This document shows positions 1-9,447 of a DNA stretch of 35,680 nt, one piece after another. Below the pieces are notes generated by a model that was given only the letters and a program-made list of their open reading frames with translations, was not told the origin of the DNA and made no database searches. The translations under genes were made by a program, and so were the position numbers. The DNA is taken from the sequence record SRR20825006_932; one strand, 5' to 3'. Position 1 is the first letter of the stretch; each line of letters opens with the position of its first letter.

Positions 1-326
1 AGAATTTGACCAGTAGTTGCATTATAGGATTCTAGCTCATGATCTAACTGGGTGTTTCCATCGTCGGATGTAAATGCAATATCATAGCCGTTTGCGTTTA
101 GAACTTTTCCTCCATTTGCAACGGTAGCTAAATCGCTATCAGTAAGGCTAAAAAGTATAGGGAAGTTGGTAAGGGGGGAGGCTCCAGATACTTGAGTATT
201 GTCAACAGTTAATAGCTTTCTAAATTCATATCCAGAAAGTTGGGCGAACACTATTTCTGCAGACAGCAAAAATAAAATAATAAGTATCGTTTTTTTATAA
301 AAAATATTGTCCAGATTCAAGCGCAA
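1..326 (-). CDS. 5' part of a secreted DUF2341-like protein; runs off the left edge of the window and is absent from the ORF track
   Basis: Hand translation from TTG at 326 (or 320): MRLNLDNIFYKKTILIILFLLSAEIVFAQLSGYEFRKLLTVDNTQVSGASPLTNFPILFSLTDSDLATVANGGKVLNANGYDIAFTSDDGNTQLDHELESYNATTGQI. It has a signal peptide ending VFA-Q and the pattern YxFRK..TNFP..GYDIAFT..DG..LDHELE typical of DUF2341. The frame is open to position 3. Confidence 0.8.
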   Translation of the reverse strand, partial: MRLNLDNIFYKKTILIILFLLSAEIVFAQLSGYEFRKLLTVDNTQVSGASPLTNFPILFSLTDSDLATVANGGKVLNANGYDIAFTSDDGNTQLDHELESYNATTGQI

Positions 327-420
327 TAAGTATATCGAGTTAACTATTCTAATATAGAAAACGTAACCAGATATTACTTTAAATTAAGTAATTCTAATTG
401 GTAGACCCCTTAACACGTTA

Positions 421-3400
421 TTACTTAATAAGTGTCATTTTTTTCACAAATACATTCTTAGGTGTAACTAGCCTGTAGAAATATACCCCACTAGATAATT
501 TGGTGGCGTTCCACTCAACAGTATGTATACCAGCTGGTAATTCTGTATTTACTAGAGTAGTTACTTCTCTACCAATTACATCGTATATGATGAGGGTTAC
601 ATTCGATCTGAGTGGGAGGGAGAACTGTAAATTAGTACTTGGATTAAAAGGGTTTGGGAAATTTTGAGACAAAGAGAATGCTTTAGGTAGACCTAAAGCA
701 TCGTCACCAGGAGAAATTCTTAAAAAGAATTCAGCTTCAAGATTAAGTGCCTTATTTTTTTCCGTAATACTAGACTTATTTGGAGAGTTGGCTTGAACAC
801 TTTTCTTACTCCTCGAATTAACTGAAAAAGAATAGGTCTCAGATTGGTTTAAATTGGTGATTTCCTTTTTATTTCTATCTAGCAGTTGAAGAGACCAGCT
901 ATCGGGAACCTCTTTTAATCCTTCCCAAGTTAGAGTAAAATCGCTGTTGAGCTGTTTTCCATCTTTAAAACCATTTACGTAAATAGGTATATCAATTGGG
1001 ACTCCAAAATCTCTAGGCAAGTTATTAATTGTTAACTGTGTGCCATCATCAAGAAGTGAGAACAGCTCTAAGTAAGTATCGGTATCGAAAGGTAAGAGCC
1101 TATATGCGTCTAAATCATCCGCTCCAGAGCTGCCTTCCTCAGTAAAGGAAAAATGAGTGGATTTTTCTAAGGAATCTGATTTTAAAGTTAGCTCAATGGT
1201 TGGAGTACCTCTATTTGATTTATAGAATGTTCCGCCAATAGTTTTAGAGGTTTTATTAACTTTAAGAGCTGGAGCACCTGCACCGTTAGCTTTAACCCAG
1301 AAGCCTTGAAAAGGGGCAATGATTCCGTCAGCTAATGAGCCAGTGAGTCCATTCCAAGTTAAATAGTCGTTGGTGGACGGGTCCCAAACATAAATGGAGT
1401 TATTCATATTGGTTTTTGTCCAATTCCCGTCATCCCAATCTATTGTTGCTGTAAACGGGTTCCCCACTAAGTTCCAACCGCTATCTGCGGCAACAGTATA
1501 TGTAATCGGGAAAGTGAATGTAGTACCATTGCCGTCATTTTCGGCACCTTGAATTTGTAGAGTATCAGGAAGCGCATCATTATATCGCGAGTCTGAGGCT
1601 TGGCTACCAAAAAAGTAAACAAATAAACCTCTACCAGGTGTTAAAGATGTAGCTGCACTTATAGGTGCTCGCCATCTTTGGTTATCGGTTCCAGTATATG
1701 TTTCGTCGTAATAGAGAACATTTGGTTGTACAGTATCGCCTGGATTACTGCCAGTGCTATAATAAGCACCAGAGTATCCTTGTGTAATGGCACCGTCCAA
1801 GAAATCATCGTAATCTGAATCAATAGGGGGAGAGATGAGTCTCCATCCAGTAGTTCCGCTAATTTCACGGCGTGCAATTAAGTCGGTAGTATTGCCTTGT
1901 TTAATATTGCTTACAAAACTAGTGCCTGATTCCAGTGTTAATATACCGTTGACTATAAAAAGGGTGTCGGTAACAACTAAATCACTGTTAATTTTAACAC
2001 CAGAAGTGTTATCGATGGTAAAGTTTTTAAGGTTATTAATGCCGTTAATTTCCTGTGTACTTGTTCCATCTAGTATAAGGGAGGTGCTAGTTAAATCGAA
2101 AGAGCCACTTACTCCAACGCTAACATCTCCGCTAAATGTAAATTTTGAACTATTACCAATTAAAGTGCCTTCCAAAACTATTGTACCATAAGCTACTAAC
2201 TGAGACCCTGACTCCATAGTTAGTGTTTTTCCAGAAGCAATATTTATATTGGAAAATGCTTCGAGATAGTCGCTAGTGGTTACGTTATTGTCAATAAAGA
2301 GTGAATCTGCGGTGAAGTCATTTTCAATTTCTTGAGTTCCGCTACCATCAAAATAAACGTTTGAAGAGCCAGCGATAAAATTTGAAAGTTTAGAATCACC
2401 ACCAATATGTATTATACCATCATTTCCAAAAAAGCTACCTAATCCGGAAATCTCATTATTAATGGTAATATTTCGACTTATTAAAGTCACATTGGCCCCA
2501 GTTTCGATGCTTAAAAAGTCGATGTTAGGATCCTCGCCATCAATTATTGGATAGTTGGATAAGCCCGAAGGAACAAGTACAACTTGGCCAGTGGTAGGGA
2601 GTGAATTTAGGCTCCAATTACTAGTGTTTCCCCAATCTATTTTATTGGTTTGGTTTCCACCAGCATTACCTTCCCATTCATTAAATTGAGTAATTATAAC
2701 TACTGCGTCATCAGTGAAAGTTGAGCCACCATCTAAATCAGCTGTAATGGTGACTGTTTCTATGCTACCAGAAGCAGTTAATGTAGCAGTATAGCGGCCA
2801 CTAGAACTATAAGTAGCTGTGGTTATAGTTGCACTAGCTCCACCTTTAGAGATATTTAAGGTGCCAGGATTGCTGTTAAGATTATTCCCGTACTGATCTT
2901 TTAGCTGAATGGTTATGGTAGTGTTATCAGACCCATTATTTTGGAGAAAGCTTTTTGAGGGCGTTATTGTTGAGGTGGTAGTACTTGTTGTACTTGGATT
3001 AACAGTAAAACTATTACTTGTCCCTGTTTGGGATGATGCCGTCTTTCTTGCAGTAATGGTTCGCGAACCTGAAGAAGTTATTGTAATAGCATGGGAGCTC
3101 AATACCCCATTAGTAAATGTTGAAGTAGTACCACCACCAGCTGAAATCGTGCCTGTGGATGTAAGAACTACAGAATTTCCGGGGCCATTAAAAGATTCTA
3201 TTGTGTTACCATAGGTATCTTTTGCTGTAATCTTAATATTAAAACTACTTCCAGCTGTTTGAATTCCAATGTTTCCTCCCCCAGTCGCTTCAACTAAAAA
3301 AGTTGCTAATTCACTGTAAGTATATATAATAGTTGCGTTGCCAGAAGTAATGGAACTAGCGTCTATACTAGCTGCAAAAATTGCTGAACCAACAGATGAA

Positions 3401-5433
3401 GGGGCGGTTACTGTGGCAGAGTAAGTACCATCTGCATTGCCGGTAGTTACCGAGATAGATCCTGTACCCGAAGATTTTGTGATTAATATTGTTTCGCTAA
3501 CATTTCCAATAGCGTTGTTTCCATATTCGTCGCGTAACTGTACAGTAATTATGGATTGACTTACGCCATCTGCTATTAAACTATCAGGGTTAGCGTAAAA
3601 AAAAGAACTATCTACGTCTGGTACATTTGGCTCAATAGAAAATTCATCACTGCTACCAGCCTCACTTCCACCACTATTTGTTGCAGTTATAGTTGCATTA
3701 TTACTTGCTAAAGTAAGTCCGACTGAATGTGAGGAATAAACACCAGCTATAAATGGGCCAATGCTTGTTGTAGATGTAGCACCAGTAAAAACACTAGTTG
3801 TTGTGAGATTTATATTCCCAATAAAATTATCTTTGCCCATTGTACCATCTAATATAGCTCCAACCCCATCAACAGCGGTTATTTTGATATTAAATGGAGA
3901 TCCAGCGGTTTGAGTAGGTATACTTCCACCACCAGCAATTTCAATTTCAAAGCCGGCGAGTGTTCCAGCAGTTGCAATAGTAAAAGAATTACTTACTGGC
4001 GAGTTCGTAACCGAAGGTGCTGACGCTATAATAGTTTTTAGGCCAACTTGATTAAACTGTGTACTACTAAAGGTAGCTTTACCCCCTGCGTCGCTTGTTG
4101 CAGTATTCCCACTAATATTCCCTGTTCCAGAGTTAATGGATAAAGTTACTAGTGTACCTGATTGAGAGACATAGTTACTAAAAGCATCAATTATTTGAAC
4201 CTCAATGGTTGGAACAGCAGAATTTCGATTACCATTTACAGGTTGCTGTGAAAAAACCAAACTAGCAGCTGCAGCAGGTGAAACGGTAATTGAACTAGAA
4301 GTCACATCTGAAAATCCTGATGCAGAAAATGTGAGGTCGATAGTGTTTGCTATATTATGCGATAAGTTTGAAAATGTCACAACACCGTTTACAGCAGTTT
4401 TTGTTACTGTACCTTGTAAACTTCCAAGGCCTGTATTCCTTGAGGCAGTAATTTGAGTAAAATTATCTGTTGTTACTATATTCCCGTAACTATCAAGTAT
4501 TTTTAAGACTGGTTGGGCTGCAAAAGACACCCCAGCTGTTGCAGAAGCAGAAGGCTGTGTAGTAATTGATAGGGAAGCTGCAGTTGAAGGTGTAACAGTC
4601 AAAATCCCAGTTTGTATAGCGGTTAGAGACCCTGAAGTTGCTTTTATTTTGCCAGTACCTGTAAGAGTTCCCGTAAAGACGGTGCTAGAACCAGTAGAAG
4701 TAGATAAATCGGTATCAATAACTCCACCCGTTTCTGATTCAGTACTCCATGTGGATGATTGATTTCTTTTAAAATTACCATATTGGTCTCTAACATTGGA
4801 ATAAACAGTCAATGATTGCCCCGCTTCAATACTTTGTGCAGCAATAAGGGAACCACCAGATGTTGGTAAAGACTCAACTCTAATTTGGCTATCTGCTCCT
4901 GTAACCATTGTAAGTGTTCCGTAATTTGTAGTACCCCCAGGCGCTCCACTTCCAACATTTGAAATATTTCCAGAAGCAATGGGTGTGCCTTGAGATGGGC
5001 GAACTCTTATATTGGAAAACTCAATTCGATGAGTGTTATTCTTCGGGTTACCTGAACTCGATCCAGTTAAGCTAAATACTAATTCTGAGGCAGTACGTGA
5101 AGAAAGTGTTACTGTAATTTTCGTTGACTTAGGTGATGTAACTGTTGCAGACGGAGCGGTTCCTCCAACATCCCATGCAAAACCTGTTGGGGCTTTTAAT
5201 CGTAGTGTTCCAGTGGATAATTGGCCAGGTGAAGTTTCTTGTATGATAGGCCCTGTAAGGGAAGTCCAAGTACCTGAAGTGAAATTATCTGCTGATATAC
5301 TCGATCCACCTGTCGCCGAAGTAATTGTTTGAGCATGGACACTATTTGAACTATATCCTATAGAAATTAAAAATACTAAACCCCAAAAGAATATTTTTTG
5401 AATTAATTTCATTGCCCCAGAAAATTTATACAA
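421..5433 (-). CDS. Large secreted S/T/G-rich multi-Ig-like (invasin/Big_1-like) protein with a T9SS type A-like C-terminal sorting domain; putative adhesin
   Basis: 1670-aa ORF; the real start may be ATG at 5412 (MKLIQK). Signal peptide ends VHA-Q. Repeated DxYGN Ig-like units, e.g. LIADGVSQSIITVQLRDEYGN. C-terminus FSLSQNFPNPFNPST...LSSGVYFYRL...KKMTLIK. Confidence 0.9.
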   Translation of the reverse strand: MYKFSGAMKLIQKIFFWGLVFLISIGYSSNSVHAQTITSATGGSSISADNFTSGTWTSLTGPIIQETSPGQLSTGTLRLKAPTGFAWDVGGTAPSATVTSPKSTKITVTLSSRTASELVFSLTGSSSGNPKNNTHRIEFSNIRVRPSQGTPIASGNISNVGSGAPGGTTNYGTLTMVTGADSQIRVESLPTSGGSLIAAQSIEAGQSLTVYSNVRDQYGNFKRNQSSTWSTESETGGVIDTDLSTSTGSSTVFTGTLTGTGKIKATSGSLTAIQTGILTVTPSTAASLSITTQPSASATAGVSFAAQPVLKILDSYGNIVTTDNFTQITASRNTGLGSLQGTVTKTAVNGVVTFSNLSHNIANTIDLTFSASGFSDVTSSSITVSPAAAASLVFSQQPVNGNRNSAVPTIEVQIIDAFSNYVSQSGTLVTLSINSGTGNISGNTATSDAGGKATFSSTQFNQVGLKTIIASAPSVTNSPVSNSFTIATAGTLAGFEIEIAGGGSIPTQTAGSPFNIKITAVDGVGAILDGTMGKDNFIGNINLTTTSVFTGATSTTSIGPFIAGVYSSHSVGLTLASNNATITATNSGGSEAGSSDEFSIEPNVPDVDSSFFYANPDSLIADGVSQSIITVQLRDEYGNNAIGNVSETILITKSSGTGSISVTTGNADGTYSATVTAPSSVGSAIFAASIDASSITSGNATIIYTYSELATFLVEATGGGNIGIQTAGSSFNIKITAKDTYGNTIESFNGPGNSVVLTSTGTISAGGGTTSTFTNGVLSSHAITITSSGSRTITARKTASSQTGTSNSFTVNPSTTSTTTSTITPSKSFLQNNGSDNTTITIQLKDQYGNNLNSNPGTLNISKGGASATITTATYSSSGRYTATLTASGSIETVTITADLDGGSTFTDDAVVIITQFNEWEGNAGGNQTNKIDWGNTSNWSLNSLPTTGQVVLVPSGLSNYPIIDGEDPNIDFLSIETGANVTLISRNITINNEISGLGSFFGNDGIIHIGGDSKLSNFIAGSSNVYFDGSGTQEIENDFTADSLFIDNNVTTSDYLEAFSNINIASGKTLTMESGSQLVAYGTIVLEGTLIGNSSKFTFSGDVSVGVSGSFDLTSTSLILDGTSTQEINGINNLKNFTIDNTSGVKINSDLVVTDTLFIVNGILTLESGTSFVSNIKQGNTTDLIARREISGTTGWRLISPPIDSDYDDFLDGAITQGYSGAYYSTGSNPGDTVQPNVLYYDETYTGTDNQRWRAPISAATSLTPGRGLFVYFFGSQASDSRYNDALPDTLQIQGAENDGNGTTFTFPITYTVAADSGWNLVGNPFTATIDWDDGNWTKTNMNNSIYVWDPSTNDYLTWNGLTGSLADGIIAPFQGFWVKANGAGAPALKVNKTSKTIGGTFYKSNRGTPTIELTLKSDSLEKSTHFSFTEEGSSGADDLDAYRLLPFDTDTYLELFSLLDDGTQLTINNLPRDFGVPIDIPIYVNGFKDGKQLNSDFTLTWEGLKEVPDSWSLQLLDRNKKEITNLNQSETYSFSVNSRSKKSVQANSPNKSSITEKNKALNLEAEFFLRISPGDDALGLPKAFSLSQNFPNPFNPSTNLQFSLPLRSNVTLIIYDVIGREVTTLVNTELPAGIHTVEWNATKLSSGVYFYRLVTPKNVFVKKMTLIK

Positions 5434-5501
5434 ATGTAATCCTAATATGAATAAATAACTATTTGTGTAATTCTAATTAAGCAGCTTATAGAAAAGGGCT
5501 T

Positions 5502-8500
5502 TTACTTGATAAGAGTCATACGCTTAGTAAAAGTAGCATCCTTTGTTGCGAGTCTATAAAGATAGATGCCACTTGCTAAATCACGAGCATCCCATTTAAA
5601 TGTGTGCTCACCGGCTCTTATTTCGCCTTGAACGAGCGTGGATACTTTCCTTCCTAGAAGGTCATAAATAGAAAGTTCTACAAAGCTTTGAATTGGAAGA
5701 GTAAAACGGATATTTGTAGTAGGATTGAATGGATTTGGGAAATTTTGTTTCAGTTCAAATTCCTTGGGAATATCTATACCGTCATTCCCAGGTACAATTT
5801 TAATTAAAAAGCGTCGATTTGAAGAACTGGCTTTTTCGGTTACTTTAGGAGTAGAGCCAAAGGTATTGTTCGGAGCACTTTTAGATTTGAATCCATCAAA
5901 ATCAAATAAATAAGTGTTAGTTTCTCTGACATTTATTTCATCTCCAGTTTTGGTATCAACTAAGGTAATAGTCCATTCATCCGGTAAATTTTTGAAATTA
6001 TCAAAAATGAAATGCAATGGTTTACCCTCAGAGTATCCATTTACATATGAATCTACATAAAGAGGAATTTCTATTGGGATTCCAAAATTCCGAGGAAGGT
6101 TATTAATTGAAAAACGATTTCCATTATCGGTAATGGTCGCAAGGTCTATGTAGGAGCTAATGCCTGGCGGGGGAACGAGTCGATAAGCATCTAATTGATC
6201 TTTATTAAGTAAAGCATCTTCGCTGAACATCAAGTGGGTAGTAGACTCATTATGATCGTCTGAAAGCGTAATAGAAAAGGAGGGTGTAATGTTTGAGCGA
6301 GATGAAGTTGCTTTACCTACATAAGAACCACCAGTTGTCTTAGCATCTTCATCTACTATCAAAGATGGACTAGTACCATTAGCTTTAACCCAAAAACCTT
6401 GAAATGGAGAAATAAGCCCATCGCCTAAATCTCCCGTAGTTCCATTCCATGTTTTATATTGGTTTGTAGAATAATCCCAAACGTAAATTGTAGCGTCAAT
6501 GTTTGTTTTCGTCCAATTTGTATTATCATCCCAATCTATAGTGGCGGCGTAGGGATTGCCAACCAACGACCAACCAGAATCAGCAGAGGTAGTGTACGTT
6601 ACATTCAAATCTACGGGGCCTTCATGCTCTTGTCCTTCTACGGATAAAGTAAGGGGGAAACTGTTATTATACCTTGAGTCGCCAGCAATATTACCGAAAA
6701 TGTATGTATAGAGACCTCTTCCTGGAGTAACTGTTGTACCTGCAGTTGAAGGAGCTCTCCAGCGTTGGTTATCTGTTCCAGGGTAAGATTCCAAATAATA
6801 CAGAACATTTGGTTGAACGGTGTCGCCTGGGTTAGAGCCGGTACTGTAAAAAGCACCAGAATAGCCTTGAGTAACAATGCCGTCTAAAAAGTCGGTATAT
6901 GTAGACGAAATTGGAGAGGATAGCAGTCTCCAGCCGTTAGAACCAGTGATAGTTTGTTTCATCAAAAGCTTGCCCGAGGCAATTGATTTGGTGTTGGCAA
7001 TAAGATTATTGCCTGAATTAATGGTAAATGTGCCAGTTGTAAGAGTAAGTGTTCCTGTTACCTCAAGGTTATTAGATAATGAAACACCAGATGCGTTATT
7101 TATTGTAAGTTTGGCTACAGTGGATGGGAGACCGGTTCCAACAATCTGAGCTCCACTTCCATTATAAGTATAAGATCCAGAAGAGCTAAAAGTACGAGTT
7201 GTAGTTTGAATATTTCCTGTTGCACCTGAAGAACTTATACCAGCCAGTGAGCCTATCTGCAATGTGCCACTTTGTACCTCAAAAGTACCGGCGCCTATTA
7301 TTGTTTTTGTACCTGTGGTAAATACTGCACCAGTACCAATAACGAGTTTCGATCCAGATTTAATTTCGAGTGAAGTTTGGGAAGTTATGCTTGTGGTACT
7401 TGTAACTGTTACAACGTCACTATCACCAACAATAATAGTTGCCCCAGTTGTATTGCTAGGGTTTGAAGTTGCGGCAGCACCAGAGTGGCTAATTTTAGAC
7501 CATGTACTATTTGTAGCCCAACTTCCAGATTGTCTACTATAAAAAGTTATAGGCCCTGTTTTGGTAAACCGGTTCTTATGATTAGCTGAGATAGTTTTAT
7601 TCGTATTACTCTGAATGTTATTCATCGTAACCTCGTATTGTATGTCTTCCAAGATCGTAGAGATAACCAAAGTAACTTTAGTGCTATCACCGCCAGTATT
7701 CAGTGTAGCACTCGAAATCGATATGGTAGTGCCGTCGCTAACCCTTTTAATAGAGTAATTTGAGAGGTTCTCTGCGGTCGATTCTTTCATACCTCGGTTA
7801 AAAGTAATAATTACTGAAGTAACAGTAGGAGCAACAGCCGAAATGGCATAAGGTTTAGGGCTGGCAACAGTTCCTCCGCCCTCAATTCCACCGTGAACAT
7901 CTAATTCATCGTCATCTGCAACATTGACTCCGCCTCCAGTATCAACCACAAGCGTATTTTCAATGATAATCGTATTGCCAGAGCCACCATCTGTGTTGAG
8001 TACAGCACCAGAATCTACTACAACATTATAAAAAGTAACATTTCCACCAGAAGAGACGGTTTGGGTAGAATCCCCAGAAAAGACAACAGTACTTGAATCT
8101 GAGTTAAAATTGGTACCGCTTGAAACGGTGAAATCACCTTCAAGTGTAATTGTTGCATCACCAGCATTTACCACGCCACCCGCAGTAAAGGAGGCATCAC
8201 CACCAACATTTAAGCTCCCTGAGTTTAAATCCATGGTGCCACCACTACTCAGCGATGCATTTCCTGTAATTGTAATTGAGCCAGTGTCGATGGTTAGGTT
8301 TCCATTGCTTGTAAAATCAGCATCTCCAGTAACGGTTACATTTGCGTCCTCAACATTAAAGTACCCTCCGCTTTTAACTTCAATATTATCATTAATGTAT
8401 ACCGTTCCGCTTCCTAGGTTAGCGGTTCCGCTATTACCAACAAAAGTCTCGCCATTAAAGGTGATAGTTCCTGAGCCTAGGTTTAGTACGCCTCCACTTT

Positions 8501-9158
8501 TTACATCTACTGTTCCATTAAAAGTAGTATTCCCATCATCACCATTATAAGTTCCGTTTACAATAGTATTTCCGTTAATCACCACCGTACCATCTTCGGC
8601 GTTAAAAGTATCACTATTAGAAATATCGAAGTCGCCGTATACGGTTAACGATCCATTTCCCAAATTAAAGGTTCCAATAATTTCAACATCTACATCTTCG
8701 GATAGAGTACCAGCGGTAAAACTACCGTTTGTAATATTTACAACCGAATTTGCAGAGTTGACCGCATAATTATTAGTACCACTAGTAGTTGCAGACATCA
8801 AAACATGCCCATTTACAATGTTTAGTACACCTGCACCACTCATTGTAAAATCGTCGGTAATAGTTAACGTAGCGTTATTTCGAATAGTTAATTGATCACC
8901 AGGACTGCTATACCATTGATTTACAGTTACTGAGCGTACTGTAACATTTGAGGTTATAACTGGATAAGGTGTAACATTCCCACGCATACTTACCGTTTGA
9001 GACGCAGAGGGTACACCAGCAGGGGTCCAGTTGCCAGAAGTATGCCACGATGAGTCCACAGCCCCAGTCCATATTTTATCTTGGGCTTTAAGGCTACCAC
9101 TTTGCCAAAATAGAAGTGCTAGACCTACAAATAGAAATGTTGAAAATTTTGAATACAT
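5502..9158 (-). CDS. Large secreted beta-helix plus Ig-like protein with a T9SS type A-like C-terminal sorting domain
   Basis: 1218-aa ORF. Signal peptide ends LKA-Q, followed by WTGAVDSSWHTSGNW, ~21-aa G/N/T-rich repeats and an Ig-like segment (VIITFNRGMKESTAENLSNYSI). C-terminus LKQNFPNPFNPTT...LASGIYLYRL...KRMTLIK. Confidence 0.9.
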   Translation of the reverse strand: MYSKFSTFLFVGLALLFWQSGSLKAQDKIWTGAVDSSWHTSGNWTPAGVPSASQTVSMRGNVTPYPVITSNVTVRSVTVNQWYSSPGDQLTIRNNATLTITDDFTMSGAGVLNIVNGHVLMSATTSGTNNYAVNSANSVVNITNGSFTAGTLSEDVDVEIIGTFNLGNGSLTVYGDFDISNSDTFNAEDGTVVINGNTIVNGTYNGDDGNTTFNGTVDVKSGGVLNLGSGTITFNGETFVGNSGTANLGSGTVYINDNIEVKSGGYFNVEDANVTVTGDADFTSNGNLTIDTGSITITGNASLSSGGTMDLNSGSLNVGGDASFTAGGVVNAGDATITLEGDFTVSSGTNFNSDSSTVVFSGDSTQTVSSGGNVTFYNVVVDSGAVLNTDGGSGNTIIIENTLVVDTGGGVNVADDDELDVHGGIEGGGTVASPKPYAISAVAPTVTSVIITFNRGMKESTAENLSNYSIKRVSDGTTISISSATLNTGGDSTKVTLVISTILEDIQYEVTMNNIQSNTNKTISANHKNRFTKTGPITFYSRQSGSWATNSTWSKISHSGAAATSNPSNTTGATIIVGDSDVVTVTSTTSITSQTSLEIKSGSKLVIGTGAVFTTGTKTIIGAGTFEVQSGTLQIGSLAGISSSGATGNIQTTTRTFSSSGSYTYNGSGAQIVGTGLPSTVAKLTINNASGVSLSNNLEVTGTLTLTTGTFTINSGNNLIANTKSIASGKLLMKQTITGSNGWRLLSSPISSTYTDFLDGIVTQGYSGAFYSTGSNPGDTVQPNVLYYLESYPGTDNQRWRAPSTAGTTVTPGRGLYTYIFGNIAGDSRYNNSFPLTLSVEGQEHEGPVDLNVTYTTSADSGWSLVGNPYAATIDWDDNTNWTKTNIDATIYVWDYSTNQYKTWNGTTGDLGDGLISPFQGFWVKANGTSPSLIVDEDAKTTGGSYVGKATSSRSNITPSFSITLSDDHNESTTHLMFSEDALLNKDQLDAYRLVPPPGISSYIDLATITDNGNRFSINNLPRNFGIPIEIPLYVDSYVNGYSEGKPLHFIFDNFKNLPDEWTITLVDTKTGDEINVRETNTYLFDFDGFKSKSAPNNTFGSTPKVTEKASSSNRRFLIKIVPGNDGIDIPKEFELKQNFPNPFNPTTNIRFTLPIQSFVELSIYDLLGRKVSTLVQGEIRAGEHTFKWDARDLASGIYLYRLATKDATFTKRMTLIK
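8073..8675 (-). repeat. About ten in-frame ~21-codon degenerate repeats (predicted beta-solenoid)
   Basis: Units such as GTFNLGNGSLTVYGDFDISNS, GVLNLGSGTITFNGETFVGNS, GTANLGSGTVYINDNIEVKSG and GTMDLNSGSLNVGGDASFTAG. Confidence 0.8.
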
Positions 9159-9447
9159 CGTTTTATTTTCTCCGTGCTAATAATACGGAAAATCGAATCA
9201 TAAAGATGTTTGTTACAAGAACTATGCATTAATTTAACATGCTTTAAACATCTGTAATGGCCTTTTAATCTTAGATTTTCTTAATAATTCGGATTCTGAT
9301 TTTTTCCTGTGCTTTAAGAATGAGATGTAGATTCTAAATTCATAGTTTAGATTTAGTCACATTAGATGTAGCTTGTCAGAAACGTGTTCAGAATGTAGTT
9401 GACTTATGCGAATTTGTTTGATTCTTGGAAATTAAATTGTTTCAGTT

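Noticed and set aside
1835..8550. Numerous plus-strand ORFs of 60-146 aa opposite the two large secreted-protein genes
   Set aside because: They are antisense shadows of G/S/T-rich coding sequence, with no motifs or independent signals.
9323..9398. Four AGATGTAG-like words in the adhesin/rfb intergenic region
   Set aside because: Spacing is irregular (26, 15, 27 bp) and the flanks are poorly similar. Not a CRISPR array, and too weak to call an operator.
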